Virus record (IMG/VR): IMGVR_UViG_3300027741_000001
DNA: 64,000 bases
From: a virus
Direction: 5' to 3' (one strand)
Each line of letters begins with the position of its first letter. Position 1 is the first letter of the stretch. The notes under the pieces are model-generated. The model had not been told where the DNA came from and did not search any database. It saw nothing but the letters and a program-made list of their open reading frames with translations. Position numbers and translations under genes: made by a program. Below are positions 10,923 to 21,441 of the stretch, piece by piece.

Positions 10923-13900
10923 TATTTGGTACTCAGCCCTAGTTTTTTAATTTCAGTCAGTATTAGATTATTTATTTTTCCAGTATCGCCAGCAGCTATT
11001 GCTTTCTTTCCTTCAGTGGAAGCAGCAATTACAGCAAACGCTATTGCTTTATTTGTCTCACCTTTAATAAGATCTCCATAGCCTTCAAATTTGGCAGCAG
11101 CCTTACCCCAATTTGCAGCACTAGTCTTCATCGTATCACTGGCTGTCGTAAAAGTTTTTAATTGCTCTGAATCAGTTTTATTTGCCGCTTCAAGGATAGG
11201 ATTTCCAGTTTTTCCGGTGCTAGTCAATTCTCCAATTTTACCGATATTAACTAGGGTAGTAGTTCCAGCTAATGCATCAAAAGCATTTAGATCTTTTCCA
11301 TTGATTTTAACTTTAATTGACTTTAAAGCACTATTAAATAATTCTGTTGAGAAAAACTTACCGGATACGTTATATCCCTCTTCTTGTTTAAACGCATTAG
11401 GATCTTTTTTTATAGCGTTGTATCTATTTGGATTTTTTGTTTTTAGTTTTTCTAACTCAGACGGACTATAAATATTTCCAGCATACTTATAATAACCCCT
11501 TGATTCATTAGTTATACTGCCTCTTCTTCCAGTAAGAGCATAAGATAAGTCAGAAATAGCATTTGTAACTTGATTCTGTCCTTCTTGAGTCTTAAAACCA
11601 GTGACATTTTTATTAGCATCTAGTTTAAAGAAGTTTTGAGTAGACAAATCTCCAATGGCGTTAGGCAATAGTCCTGAAGTATTTGGAGCTAATTTAAAGT
11701 TTCTAGCCGCTTGAGACTGAGCCGCAGTATACCCATTTGTTCCATATATAGTTTTATAATCATAAATATTTGGATTAGGTTGAACTGACCCTAAAGGTAT
11801 AAATTTATTTGGAGCAACTGCAGTAGGGAGACCACCAGGGGGAGGAGTTACTCCAGGCGTAGTAGGCGTAGATTTGTTAATATTTTTTATATCTGTTAAA
11901 AGTTTATTAAATGATTCATTAGTCAATACACCTTTATCAGTATATCCAAGATCTTTTTTAAGATCTGTAAGATTACTTTTACCAACTAGTCCAGCACCAA
12001 CTAATCCTTGTAGAACACTGTCCTTAGTATCTTTGGTTATGCCGGATAAAGACCCTAAAGCTCCTGCAATGTCAGTAGTACCTAAAGTACTATTTTGCGC
12101 AATACTTCCAACTGTATTTAAAATATTTTCTTGATTTGCATTTCTTAGAGATAGTTGAAAAGCTCTTTTATTAGTTAAAGAAAATGCTGCTAATGCCTCA
12201 TCCATGGCTGCAGTTTGCTTAGTTGCATCTTTACTATACGTTGCTCTAATTTCGTGGGTAGTGGCAGGAATAACCCTACTTGCAGTTGCATCAAACTTTG
12301 AAGCTAAAGCAGATCCTTCTGCTTTAGTTCCTACATATCCAGCAGCTACAGCTTTTTCAGCAAATCCTTGAACTTGATTTAAGCTTTCAACCGACATATT
12401 TGCAACGGCAATTCTAAATTCTTTAATACCTTTTTGACGTTCAGCTTCCGCAGCTATAATTCCGTCAACAATAGTCCCACCGACAGATAATAAACCACCA
12501 ACAACCATACCGCCAGGTCCAAACATGGAAGCAATTCCACCAATAGCCTGAGTAGCCATACCAACGGGACCCATGGTACCAGTACCCATGCCAACTAAAC
12601 CGCTCACTGCCATGGCTCCCATACCTAAGCCACCAGCAACACCTCCACCGCCCATGCCGCTAAACAAACCTTTTATACCGGCTCCAGCAGCTTTAAATCC
12701 AGACTTACCTCCAGTAAGAACTAAATTAGGATTACCTCCTTTAGTACCAGGTTGACCATAGTAAGCAGCTTCATTTGCGTTTACAAATGGAGCTTTATAT
12801 GCACCATTTGCAAGCTCGGTACCCCTAAGTAGCCCTTGATTGGTTATATTTTCTTGTCCAGCAAGTGTAATATTTTCTAACATTTGCGTATTTAATTTAT
12901 CTAATGCAACGGAATCCATGCCCTGAGCTTTTGCAAGTTGTTCAATTCTTAAAGCCAACTCTAATGCTTGATTAGCATCCATCTCCATTAGGTTAGTGCT
13001 TTTTTGGGTGGTTTCATCAAATAGGGTTGCAGTTCTAGAGTTAGAAATCATTTGAAGTTCTAGCTGAGCTAAACGATCTTTAGCAAAACCAGCTTCTCTA
13101 CCCATTGCCAAAAGCTTTTGATTATTAGCTGTTGCAGAAGCTCTTCTAAGTTTTTGCCAGAATGTCTCACCTGCTAGTCCAGCAAGTTTCATTTCTCTAC
13201 CGAATGCTTGATGAGCTTGTTGGGCAGCCCTAGCCTTCATAGTGGTAGTTCCCATTATATTAGCAGCTTTAGCTAAATAACCTAGAAATATTTCAAGAGC
13301 TTTTTTACCTAATATAAAAACTGCACCGAGAGCAAGCATAGGCCCATGTAAAGCTCCAAGGAATCCTAATATTGTTTTTACAATAGGAGAGTTTACAAAG
13401 TTAGCAAATGCATCAAAAATTACTTTAAGAGAGTTGAAGAATGTAACAAGCGTACCTTGATCAGCAAAAGCAGCTAAAATCTTAGCCACGTCAACTAAAA
13501 TACCTGCAATTTGCACACCTACTGCTTGACCGTTTTCAAGTATAGTTTTTACGTAAGGAATTGCTTGTTGTATAGTATCCCAAAATGCTTTTGTATCTTT
13601 ACTTCCAGCTAGATCAACAAAAATACCAAGAAATTTACCAATAGTAGTTAAAGCAGCTACAGCACCTTTAGTAGAATTTTCAAGCCACGAAGCAAATGAT
13701 TTACTTCCAGTAAATTTTTCAAACCCCTGTGTTACCTTATCAATAAAATCAAGTAAAACTCCACCAGCACCACTCTTAGGGCCGCTAGGGAAAGTTGCTT
13801 TAATGATATTTTTTATTCCATCAAATACCGTGCTAAATGCTTTTCCAAGACGTGCAGACACGTCTCCAGCAAGAGCAAACATTCTCTGAAGGCTACCGGT

Positions 13901-15148
13901 AAAACTACCTACTTTAACTTTTTTATCAAGACCTGCAAGGTATTTATCTACCCAATCAGCAAAACGTTTTGTAATAGGTTCAGCAGCATGAAGAAGAGTT
14001 ATTAAAATACCAAATGAAGATTTAGTAGCACTTCCAAAACTATGAATAATTCCAGTAGAACTTTTAAAGAAACCAGCTAGTTGCTGTAGATTTTGAGGAT
14101 TTTTAAATGCACTTGCAAAAGTCTTAGTTGCATCTCCCATTGCAGATGCAACCTGCTTTAATCCAGTTTTAAATATAGGAAAGCCATACTTCATAATAGT
14201 ATTTATTGACTCTGTAAGTTTAGGTATAAAACCTGCAGCAACTTCTTTTTTAAGTGTTTGCATTTGCGGTCTAAGGGCAACTACAAACTTTACAAATTCT
14301 AGTTGTACATCAGACAAAGCTGCTAAAGGTTGATACGCACTTGTAGCAGTAATACCCTTTTTAACGGCTCGGAAAGCTTCTTCACTTTTGTGCTTAGTTT
14401 CACGAAGATTTAATTCTGCATTTTTAAAAGCAAGTTCTGTTTGACGACGTAGTCGGTTATCTGGTGGGAGATCTTGAACACGTGCCAATGCTTCACGAGC
14501 AACTTCAAGTTTGAGTGCAGCATCTTCCTGGGATAAAGCGGCTTCTTCAGCAGCAAATTTTAATCCAATATATTCTTGAGTGGCAGCTCTAAATGTATCA
14601 TTTAAAGCAGTTTGAGATTGCCAAACTGCACCAATAGCGTTTGACACACCTGACATAGCAACTTTGACGCCAACAAATCCAACTCCTACAGATGCCATAG
14701 CACCACCGAGTGCTACAGCTGCAGGAGCTGCGGCTCCAAGTACTCCTACAACAGATAAAAGACCTCCAGCTAGATCTCCAATGGTTCCGGCTATAGTTCC
14801 AAAAGCTGCTTGCATTTTAAGCCCAGTACGCTGCAGTTTCATAAAACGATCTGCTGCCATTTCAGCAGGACCTTTAATTTTTTGCAGAGAGGTGGCAGCA
14901 ACGTTTATGGCTCGGTTAAGTTGATAAAACTGATTCTCGCCTTTTTTAACTCCACGAAGAACTCCTTGTTCAAAACCTTTTCTAAAGTTTTCAGAAAATT
15001 TTCTAGTTATGTCTTCTTTAAAAAGTTTGTCATAACCACGACCAGTTTGCTCTAGCCTTTTTCTAAATCTCTCAATATCGATTTCAGCTTTTTTAGTATC
15101 AGCTCCTACAACAACATTGGCTTTACCAACTTCATTTATACCAGCCAT
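10922..15148 (-). CDS. Tape measure protein
   Basis: 1408 aa, Ala/Gly/Leu-rich and helical with hydrophobic segments; N-terminal EVGKANVVVGADT; follows the chaperone pair. Confidence 0.9.
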   Translation of the reverse strand: MAGINEVGKANVVVGADTKKAEIDIERFRKRLEQTGRGYDKLFKEDITRKFSENFRKGFEQGVLRGVKKGENQFYQLNRAINVAATSLQKIKGPAEMAADRFMKLQRTGLKMQAAFGTIAGTIGDLAGGLLSVVGVLGAAAPAAVALGGAMASVGVGFVGVKVAMSGVSNAIGAVWQSQTALNDTFRAATQEYIGLKFAAEEAALSQEDAALKLEVAREALARVQDLPPDNRLRRQTELAFKNAELNLRETKHKSEEAFRAVKKGITATSAYQPLAALSDVQLEFVKFVVALRPQMQTLKKEVAAGFIPKLTESINTIMKYGFPIFKTGLKQVASAMGDATKTFASAFKNPQNLQQLAGFFKSSTGIIHSFGSATKSSFGILITLLHAAEPITKRFADWVDKYLAGLDKKVKVGSFTGSLQRMFALAGDVSARLGKAFSTVFDGIKNIIKATFPSGPKSGAGGVLLDFIDKVTQGFEKFTGSKSFASWLENSTKGAVAALTTIGKFLGIFVDLAGSKDTKAFWDTIQQAIPYVKTILENGQAVGVQIAGILVDVAKILAAFADQGTLVTFFNSLKVIFDAFANFVNSPIVKTILGFLGALHGPMLALGAVFILGKKALEIFLGYLAKAANIMGTTTMKARAAQQAHQAFGREMKLAGLAGETFWQKLRRASATANNQKLLAMGREAGFAKDRLAQLELQMISNSRTATLFDETTQKSTNLMEMDANQALELALRIEQLAKAQGMDSVALDKLNTQMLENITLAGQENITNQGLLRGTELANGAYKAPFVNANEAAYYGQPGTKGGNPNLVLTGGKSGFKAAGAGIKGLFSGMGGGGVAGGLGMGAMAVSGLVGMGTGTMGPVGMATQAIGGIASMFGPGGMVVGGLLSVGGTIVDGIIAAEAERQKGIKEFRIAVANMSVESLNQVQGFAEKAVAAGYVGTKAEGSALASKFDATASRVIPATTHEIRATYSKDATKQTAAMDEALAAFSLTNKRAFQLSLRNANQENILNTVGSIAQNSTLGTTDIAGALGSLSGITKDTKDSVLQGLVGAGLVGKSNLTDLKKDLGYTDKGVLTNESFNKLLTDIKNINKSTPTTPGVTPPPGGLPTAVAPNKFIPLGSVQPNPNIYDYKTIYGTNGYTAAQSQAARNFKLAPNTSGLLPNAIGDLSTQNFFKLDANKNVTGFKTQEGQNQVTNAISDLSYALTGRRGSITNESRGYYKYAGNIYSPSELEKLKTKNPNRYNAIKKDPNAFKQEEGYNVSGKFFSTELFNSALKSIKVKINGKDLNAFDALAGTTTLVNIGKIGELTSTGKTGNPILEAANKTDSEQLKTFTTASDTMKTSAANWGKAAAKFEGYGDLIKGETNKAIAFAVIAASTEGKKAIAAGDTGKINNLILTEIKKLGLSTK

Positions 15149-15174
15149 GGGTATGACTCACCTCCTTCTTACAA

Positions 15175-15633
15175 TTAACCCATCGGTTGATCTAGAATGC
15201 CGCCAAAAGGAAGCATTCCATCAAAAACCGGGGTAGGTTCAATATATGGTTTTACTGAGGCCTGTCTTGGATTGAAAGGCTCAATAATCTCTTCGGGCTC
15301 TAGAGGTTCTTCTGGAGCTCCTAATGTACTTATGTCATCGAAATCAGGACTAATTTCATCTTGACTTAGATACTTATACTCAGATCCATACAAAGAATCA
15401 TAAATATTCTTTCTAAAGTTATCCTTGTAAATTGGCTCATATTCGCCAGAGTATCTGAAGTCTTCTTCGAGGAAATAGTGAAGGACGTCAAGCATGTCAC
15501 ATGCTTCCATACTTGCAAGTTGTAGACCGCTCACTAATGCCTTTCCGTTGACGTACGGCCAGAGATCAATCCCCCAACTTAGGAGACTGATGGCCGCTCT
15601 GTAGGGCGGCTTGAATACTCCTCGATGAGCCAC
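15175..15633 (-). CDS. Tail assembly chaperone, downstream (T-like) part, probably reached by -1 frameshift
   Basis: Overlaps the upstream chaperone ORF by 55 nt in the -1 frame; immediately precedes the tape measure. Confidence 0.7.
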   Translation of the reverse strand: MAHRGVFKPPYRAAISLLSWGIDLWPYVNGKALVSGLQLASMEACDMLDVLHYFLEEDFRYSGEYEPIYKDNFRKNIYDSLYGSEYKYLSQDEISPDFDDISTLGAPEEPLEPEEIIEPFNPRQASVKPYIEPTPVFDGMLPFGGILDQPMG

Positions 15634-15917
15634 GAAGTGATCTCGGATAGAGTTTCAACTGAAACAATTTTTTCTGGATCTTCTTGTAGAGCTACAAACT
15701 TTTCGTAGCTATCCTTCAAAAGAACTTTAGCGAAAAATAAAGTAACCGCATCTGCATTTCGAGTAGCATCGTCAGAAGAGCTAGCCGAAATAAGCTCTAG
15801 CATGGTTTTACCTTGAATCTGCTTTACGCATTGAAATTCTTGGCCGTGTAGTTTAAATGAGATTGGTTCAGCATTTGGGTCCTGATCACCAGTACCAAAG
15901 TCTTTAAATCGAGTCAT
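15579..15917 (-). CDS. Tail assembly chaperone (G-like)
   Basis: 112 aa; PISFKLHGQEF...WLIEEYSSRPT ending typical of actinophage chaperones; position before the tape measure. Confidence 0.8.
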   Translation of the reverse strand: MTRFKDFGTGDQDPNAEPISFKLHGQEFQCVKQIQGKTMLELISASSSDDATRNADAVTLFFAKVLLKDSYEKFVALQEDPEKIVSVETLSEITSWLIEEYSSRPTERPSVS

Positions 15918-15962
15918 TTGTTATCCTTAGTTTGTATTGAATACTTGCGTATTTATAGCTAT

Positions 15963-16361
15963 TTAGCTATAGAATAAGTATAAATTATCTGTTAAATACC
16001 TATTTGCCTTGGTACCAGGATGATTGACTTTTTTTCTATAAATAAAGACTGCTCCTTGTCTAAACTTCAAATAAGACTTTCTTTTTGGAGTAGTAGTATG
16101 TTTTCTAGTACCCTCATGGTGCATAAGAGCATAAGGAACAGACGATCCTATATACATGTGTTGACCGTTGGCAGTTCTGCTATGGCCGTAAACTCTTATA
16201 GAGTTTCTAAGCCTCCCAGTTCTAACTCCCACCTGCCTTTTAGCTGCAACTTGAACTTTTTTAGCCCTTCTTGAAAGTTCTCTGCCAACATCTCCCCTAG
16301 GAGAATTTAAAAGATTTTGTATTTTTTCGTGGTATAAAGTAATTTTTATTTTTGCAGCCAT
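15963..16361 (-). CDS. Neck / tail completion protein (HK97 gp10-like)
   Basis: Basic 132 aa with VRTGRLRNSI...YALMHHEGT...VNHPGTKANRYL. Confidence 0.75.
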   Translation of the reverse strand: MAAKIKITLYHEKIQNLLNSPRGDVGRELSRRAKKVQVAAKRQVGVRTGRLRNSIRVYGHSRTANGQHMYIGSSVPYALMHHEGTRKHTTTPKRKSYLKFRQGAVFIYRKKVNHPGTKANRYLTDNLYLFYS

Positions 16362-16864
16362 TATGGAACCGCCAAAGTTAGCTCCATAGTTACAACTTGA
16401 AAGCCACCTTCCATATCGCCAGCTTCAACAGTTGCCATAACTCCTAAACCAAATATGCCATCCCACATGTCAAAAGACTTCATAGAAGACATTAAAACCC
16501 AAGCATCTACGGCTGATAAAGCAGCTCCTTGTTGGATTTTCTCCCCCGTTGGCGGGCGTCCATTCATTCCAACAGTAGGAATCTCACGGGCAATGCTGAT
16601 ATTAACAATAGCTGTGCGTGGAACATTACAACGCTGAGGAGTGCTTACCTGATCTCCTGGAGCTCCTAAGTACATTTGACTAAAAGAAACTACAACCTGA
16701 TCACAGTCAATAGCTGGGGTACCCATTGTCCAATACCTACGCTGAGGCAGAGGAACATTGTATGACTGAAAAACGGTTTCTACTTTTTCAAGTATTCCGT
16801 CCATCATATCCTTGAGGTTTAAAGCATCCTCAGAAAAGTCACCAATATTCCCCGCCACAGACAT
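16361..16864 (-). CDS. Putative tail terminator / head-tail connector
   Basis: 167 aa; position between adaptor and neck genes; ends GGFQVVTMELTLAVP. Confidence 0.5.
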   Translation of the reverse strand: MSVAGNIGDFSEDALNLKDMMDGILEKVETVFQSYNVPLPQRRYWTMGTPAIDCDQVVVSFSQMYLGAPGDQVSTPQRCNVPRTAIVNISIAREIPTVGMNGRPPTGEKIQQGAALSAVDAWVLMSSMKSFDMWDGIFGLGVMATVEAGDMEGGFQVVTMELTLAVP

Positions 16865-16866
16865 AA

Positions 16867-17109
16867 CTACTTAACCTCTGGGGTTTCTTCTGCAACAACT
16901 TCAACTACAGGTTCGACAACAATTTCAGGTTGAACTTCTTCAACCTTAGCTTCTACCTTCTTTGCAACTGGTTTTGCAGTAACTTTCTTTTCTTCTACTA
17001 CTTCTACAACAGAATCTGAATCTGCAACAGTAGTTTTAGAAAGTAAAACACCGTCTTCACTATATACAGACATATCAGCAGCAGTGAAATTAGTTTGAGA
17101 AATATACAT
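16867..17109 (-). CDS. Small acidic low-complexity hypothetical protein
   Basis: 80 aa, E/V/K-rich; RBS gaaggt upstream; tightly packed in the operon. Confidence 0.6.
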   Translation of the reverse strand: MYISQTNFTAADMSVYSEDGVLLSKTTVADSDSVVEVVEEKKVTAKPVAKKVEAKVEEVQPEIVVEPVVEVVAEETPEVK

Positions 17110-17123
17110 AAGTACCTTCTTTC

Positions 17124-18236
17124 TTAGCTATTTAACTTGATCTGGAGGTTTCCAGTTTCAAGCTCAGATACGGTCGTAATACCGGATACGGTCTTAGTTG
17201 CGTACAGAGTCCATGTTCCTGGGTCAACAAACCCCAGCACTGATTTTGCATCGTTATATGTAATTGTAAAAGATACAGAACTATTTGTATTATTTACAAC
17301 TATATTGCTAGCTGCAATATCTAAACTTTTGGTAGACCCACCGCTGCGTATAGTGACTACTGGAGTCCAACCACCACCACTAAAAAACACCGATACATCT
17401 GCTCCAGTTTTTCCAACAGATGTCCAAGTAGCTGGAGTATTCTGAACTACAGCAATATCAAAGTTAGTGTTTGCAGTTAAAACAGCTTCCTTAGGAGTGT
17501 AGCGTCTAGCTCTAGGAGCATCTGGACTGAATACACGAGCACGAGCACGAGCTTTATCTGGGTTTACAGATTTTAAAAATAGGTCAATGACGTACACACC
17601 GGTACGAAGATCGTCAATAAAGTCTTGCGAGTCTAGAAGTGTATAAGAAACACCTTGACGAGAGATAGATGTAATACGCTGTGGAAGCATACAGTCATCG
17701 TCTCCAGCCCAAAGTTTAGCAAACTCCATAGCTAAAGTACGAGCAGCCATTTTACCGGCCATAGGAATTGGTGAGCCATAGGTATAGGTTACTTCAACGT
17801 TACAAGGAGTCCACGGAATACCAGCGGCTGCTTGGATTGTAGAGTGATCTACAAGATAGTAAAGATCTGGGCTAATTATGTCACCATTCATGTTCCTAAT
17901 GGTGTGAATTTTAGTTACAGGACGTCCGCGTAGTTTAATTCTTGATTCGGGAGAAAGACCGTCGGATACAAGCTCTGTATATTCATCAAAATCAGCTACA
18001 GGAATATTGTAGAGCTGACCGCTAATTAAAGTTCCATAATAGTTTCTAGAAGATGGGCCAAGGCGATAAGCTCGTTTAGCACAAACGTAACGCTCAGTTA
18101 CAGTTGTTTCACCAGTAAACTTACGGCCAGACATAGTCCACATTAGGTATGACGCAGTTTGGCAAGCCTCCTGAGCGAACTCAGTGTTTGCATATGATCC
18201 AAGCTCTTCTGGTTGGACCCATAGTGAAGTTCCCAT
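17124..18236 (-). CDS. Head-to-tail adaptor with C-terminal extension
   Basis: ASYLMWTMSGRKF...EVTYTYG...AARTLAMEFAK...CMLPQRITSISRQGVSYTL...TGVYVIDLFLKSVNP, resembling cluster-B-like adaptors. Confidence 0.75.
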   Translation of the reverse strand: MGTSLWVQPEELGSYANTEFAQEACQTASYLMWTMSGRKFTGETTVTERYVCAKRAYRLGPSSRNYYGTLISGQLYNIPVADFDEYTELVSDGLSPESRIKLRGRPVTKIHTIRNMNGDIISPDLYYLVDHSTIQAAAGIPWTPCNVEVTYTYGSPIPMAGKMAARTLAMEFAKLWAGDDDCMLPQRITSISRQGVSYTLLDSQDFIDDLRTGVYVIDLFLKSVNPDKARARARVFSPDAPRARRYTPKEAVLTANTNFDIAVVQNTPATWTSVGKTGADVSVFFSGGGWTPVVTIRSGGSTKSLDIAASNIVVNNTNSSVSFTITYNDAKSVLGFVDPGTWTLYATKTVSGITTVSELETGNLQIKLNS

Positions 18237-18261
18237 AGTATATCTCCTAGATATGAATTAA

Positions 18262-18300
18262 GCGGCGTGCTGGCATGTCTCGCACACCAAGGCACGCCGC
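18262..18300 (-). terminator. Stem-loop after the tail tube gene
   Basis: gcggcgtgc...gcacgccgc 9-bp inverted repeat in the intergenic gap; no strong U-tract. Confidence 0.55.
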
Positions 18301-18319
18301 CTTCATCATTTAGTGGTTA

Positions 18320-20209
18320 TTAAGAGGTTGGGTCCTCGTTTGACTTGATTACGCGGTCGACTGGCTGATCAGCGTTGAACGCTAGGTTACCAGGAACGTT
18401 GTATCCACTTGTGGATGCAGTACCTGCAACAGCTGATGAAGCAGAAGCACCTGAGGTAGTAGAGACGTTGGTAGTAGTGAGTGCAGTACCGGTACTAAGA
18501 CCACGGGTTACCTTAGCACGACCATTAGTCCAGCTACCACCTGAAACAGTACCTGCTGTAACAGTCTCGGTTTGTAGGCTAGTAAGTGTAACGTTACCAG
18601 TTGCTACTCTAAAGTTGTTAGCGTCTATAACGCTTACTGGTACTGCACTAGTAAAGTTAAATCCAGCTGTAGAGAATCCAGCAATAGCCACTGCCTGACC
18701 ATCAACTAAACCATGTGCGGTAGCGGTATATTTTACAATAGCAGGAAGAGTTGTAACAGCACCACTTTGGGAAGTTGCAATAGTTACTGGAACCGCTTTT
18801 TCGTAGACAATTGCAGAACCTGTAGTACCTGTAAGAGCAGTATAAGAACCGTTAAAGATAGCTCTAGTTACTACAGCAGAAGGACTATTTACAGCTACAG
18901 AGGATACTGTAGTAGCAGTAGCCTTAAAGTACTTAATAGTAGTTCCTGTAGTGTTCTGTTCTGCGGCATACGTACCATCAAATGCAGGATCATTAATTGA
19001 AACAATAATCTTGTCTCCTCTAACAATAAGATGAGATGCACTGGTAGTAAGAGTAACAATAGAGTTAGTTATAGTTCCATCTGTGATAGTACCGAGGTCC
19101 TTACCAGTTATAAATGTAAGAGAAGTTGTTCCAGATGAAGCAGTCGCTACCCAGGTACCGTTGTACGCTGTATTGCTAGAACCGCTAATCGTAAACCTAT
19201 CACCATCAACAAGACCGTGGTTTGCAGTAGTAGTAAGAGTTGTAATACCGGTTCCAGTTCCGTATACCACAGCCGTGCTGCTTGACGCAGTGGTAGTAGT
19301 CACGGCAATCGCCTTGTTTGTAACTGAATACGTTAGATCCGTATTTGCAACTGTAATAGAGTCACCAACGCTATAAGTGTGGCTTGCTGTAGTGTTAGCT
19401 GATGCAGATCCAGTGTTTAGAGTGATTGCACCTGCACCTGTAATTGCAAAGTCTTTAATTGTGTAGTTAAGACCATCAAGTGAGTTAACAGCTGCGTACT
19501 CTGGAGTACCAAGTTCTGAAGCACCTTCACCAGTGTAGTTCCAGGTGTAGAAACCGTTTAGACCAACTGGAGCCCAAGTAGCACGTGAGTAAGCATATGG
19601 ACGTTCAGCAGCGGTTGGGAATTCCCAACGACCATCAATACCAGACTGGAAGTTAGTGTTTCCTAGACCGTAACCCTGGAATGTGTTAGCAAGAACACCA
19701 TTTTCAATTACACGGTCACCTGACTGACGTAGCTTAACGAATGGGAATACCCAGTGGAAGTAAGGACGTGTACCAGCACGCTTACCATCCTTGACAGCCC
19801 ATGACCAAGCTTCGATAGCAACACCAAAACCAGCTGGGTCATCGCCAACTGCAGGTGAAGCCCAACCTACTGATAGGTTGGTAGCTGAAGCAAAGGTTCC
19901 TACGTTCTTGCGAAGCAATAGACCACCTGAAAGAAGTGCAGAAAGTTCAGGGTCTGGCTCACAAATTGCAAGTTCCATGGTGATACGCTTCAAAGTGTCT
20001 GGAGACTTAAAAGTCACACAAACAGCTCCGTTAGCACCCTTTTCGGTGATCTCGTCGCCTTCTTCGTATTCTGGGGTAAATGACAGACGCATGAAAGCTG
20101 ACGTAGTGTAGCTATCACCCGGACCTGTTTGTAGCTTGCCAGCGGCGTCCAAGCGAGTGACACGGATCGACACACCTTGGATGCTGGCTGCATATTCTTG
20201 AGTAGCCAT
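18320..20209 (-). CDS. Major tail (tube) protein with C-terminal decorating beta-domains
   Basis: SIQGVSIRVTRLDAAG...LSFTPEYEEGDEITEKGANGAVCV...LAICEPDPEL...YFHWVFPFV tube core; about 4 FCCH-like units in the C-terminal part. Confidence 0.85.
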   Translation of the reverse strand: MATQEYAASIQGVSIRVTRLDAAGKLQTGPGDSYTTSAFMRLSFTPEYEEGDEITEKGANGAVCVTFKSPDTLKRITMELAICEPDPELSALLSGGLLLRKNVGTFASATNLSVGWASPAVGDDPAGFGVAIEAWSWAVKDGKRAGTRPYFHWVFPFVKLRQSGDRVIENGVLANTFQGYGLGNTNFQSGIDGRWEFPTAAERPYAYSRATWAPVGLNGFYTWNYTGEGASELGTPEYAAVNSLDGLNYTIKDFAITGAGAITLNTGSASANTTASHTYSVGDSITVANTDLTYSVTNKAIAVTTTTASSSTAVVYGTGTGITTLTTTANHGLVDGDRFTISGSSNTAYNGTWVATASSGTTSLTFITGKDLGTITDGTITNSIVTLTTSASHLIVRGDKIIVSINDPAFDGTYAAEQNTTGTTIKYFKATATTVSSVAVNSPSAVVTRAIFNGSYTALTGTTGSAIVYEKAVPVTIATSQSGAVTTLPAIVKYTATAHGLVDGQAVAIAGFSTAGFNFTSAVPVSVIDANNFRVATGNVTLTSLQTETVTAGTVSGGSWTNGRAKVTRGLSTGTALTTTNVSTTSGASASSAVAGTASTSGYNVPGNLAFNADQPVDRVIKSNEDPTS

Positions 20210-20225
20210 TAGCTATTCTCCTTAG

Positions 20226-21383
20226 TTAGTTAGTTAGAGTCAAGTCAACCTTGACACCTAGGTGGATGGATGTATCAAAGTAAACCGCAGCAGGGCGGGT
20301 AGCCTTGATTCTCATGTCATTTTGGTTTGAGCTGACAGAAAGGCCTTGACCTAAACTATCATTTACAAGATCAGAGTCGCCGAGATAGACTCGTACTTCA
20401 CCTGACGCGTAAATCCATTTGTAGCGGGTATCCGCTTTCATTTGAGCAGTTGCTCCAGTAGGGTTGCTTGTCGCAATGTCTGCGTTAGTGACAGTATATT
20501 TGATAGTTTTATCCGCAGTGTTAGCTAGGGCTTTCCAAGTTCCATCAAAAGGTGCACCTAGACCAGTGACAATTACAGAATCGTCTTGAGCAATTCCGTG
20601 GCTGTTAGAAGTAGTTAGAGTAACTGTGTTGCTAGCTAGGACTCTGGTTGCTATGTTTACAACTGGTCCGTTACCTGAATAGCCAGAACCGACTACTAGC
20701 GGAGTTCCACCAAAAGTTTGTAGGTGTTGGCGAGAATTTTTATTAGGGTCATAGTAGTCAACCACCATTTGATTATATGAGCTAAGAATAGCGGCAGTGT
20801 CGCGAGTCATGTGAATCCAACCCTGCTCACCGGCAGAAGAGTACTGACCGATTTGGTACTCAAGAACAGATACTCCGTGTTTAACTGAAATTGCACCGCC
20901 AGTTGCAGAAGTGTCTACCACCGAGCCATCTGATGACTTACGTCCTGGAAGAATAGTTACGCTAGAACCTTTTGAGAGGTAAGGATTTACAAGGTCTGTG
21001 CCTGTCCCTTGCAAAGTAACGGATCCGTCCCAAAGCTCAAGTTCACAGGCTTTTTGAGAACAGCCCTCTAGCTGACGTAGAACACGAGCCATACGTTCTT
21101 CACCAAGGAGACCTAGAGTAGATCTATCATCTTGAACTTCAATAAAGAATGGGATATGGTGGCTATATAGAGCTACATTAGGGTTAGAGTCTACTGTAGC
21201 AACTGTATATGATGTGTAGTTAGCGTCTAGTACTCTGACGTAACTAGGAGTGGTGTCCCACCACTGGTCAAATCCTCTAACCCATTTTTCTCCTGAAGTA
21301 GGGTTAGTTGGGGGGAATATAGAAAATAGGCCGAACGCAGAGGGTACAATAGCGGGGGCCCCGAAAGCTCCATCAAAAGCCAT
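20226..21383 (-). CDS. Second capsid protein (putative pentamer-type capsid protein) with one inserted FCCH-like domain
   Basis: Follows the major capsid gene; PSAFGLFS...KWVRGF...ELELWDG...QTFGGTPLVVGSGYSG...WIYASGEV...N.MRIKATR pattern matches the cluster-B-like hexamer/pentamer gene pair. Confidence 0.65.
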   Translation of the reverse strand: MAFDGAFGAPAIVPSAFGLFSIFPPTNPTSGEKWVRGFDQWWDTTPSYVRVLDANYTSYTVATVDSNPNVALYSHHIPFFIEVQDDRSTLGLLGEERMARVLRQLEGCSQKACELELWDGSVTLQGTGTDLVNPYLSKGSSVTILPGRKSSDGSVVDTSATGGAISVKHGVSVLEYQIGQYSSAGEQGWIHMTRDTAAILSSYNQMVVDYYDPNKNSRQHLQTFGGTPLVVGSGYSGNGPVVNIATRVLASNTVTLTTSNSHGIAQDDSVIVTGLGAPFDGTWKALANTADKTIKYTVTNADIATSNPTGATAQMKADTRYKWIYASGEVRVYLGDSDLVNDSLGQGLSVSSNQNDMRIKATRPAAVYFDTSIHLGVKVDLTLTN

Positions 21384-21421
21384 TTATTTTCCTTAAAGTC
21401 TATAAGTTTTTAGTTGGAGTA

Positions 21422-21441
21422 CCCGGGGCCGAAGCCCCGGG
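21422..21441 (-). terminator. GC-rich cUUCGg hairpin between the two capsid genes
   Basis: Minus strand reads cccggggc-TTCG-gccccggg; no U-tract. Confidence 0.7.
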
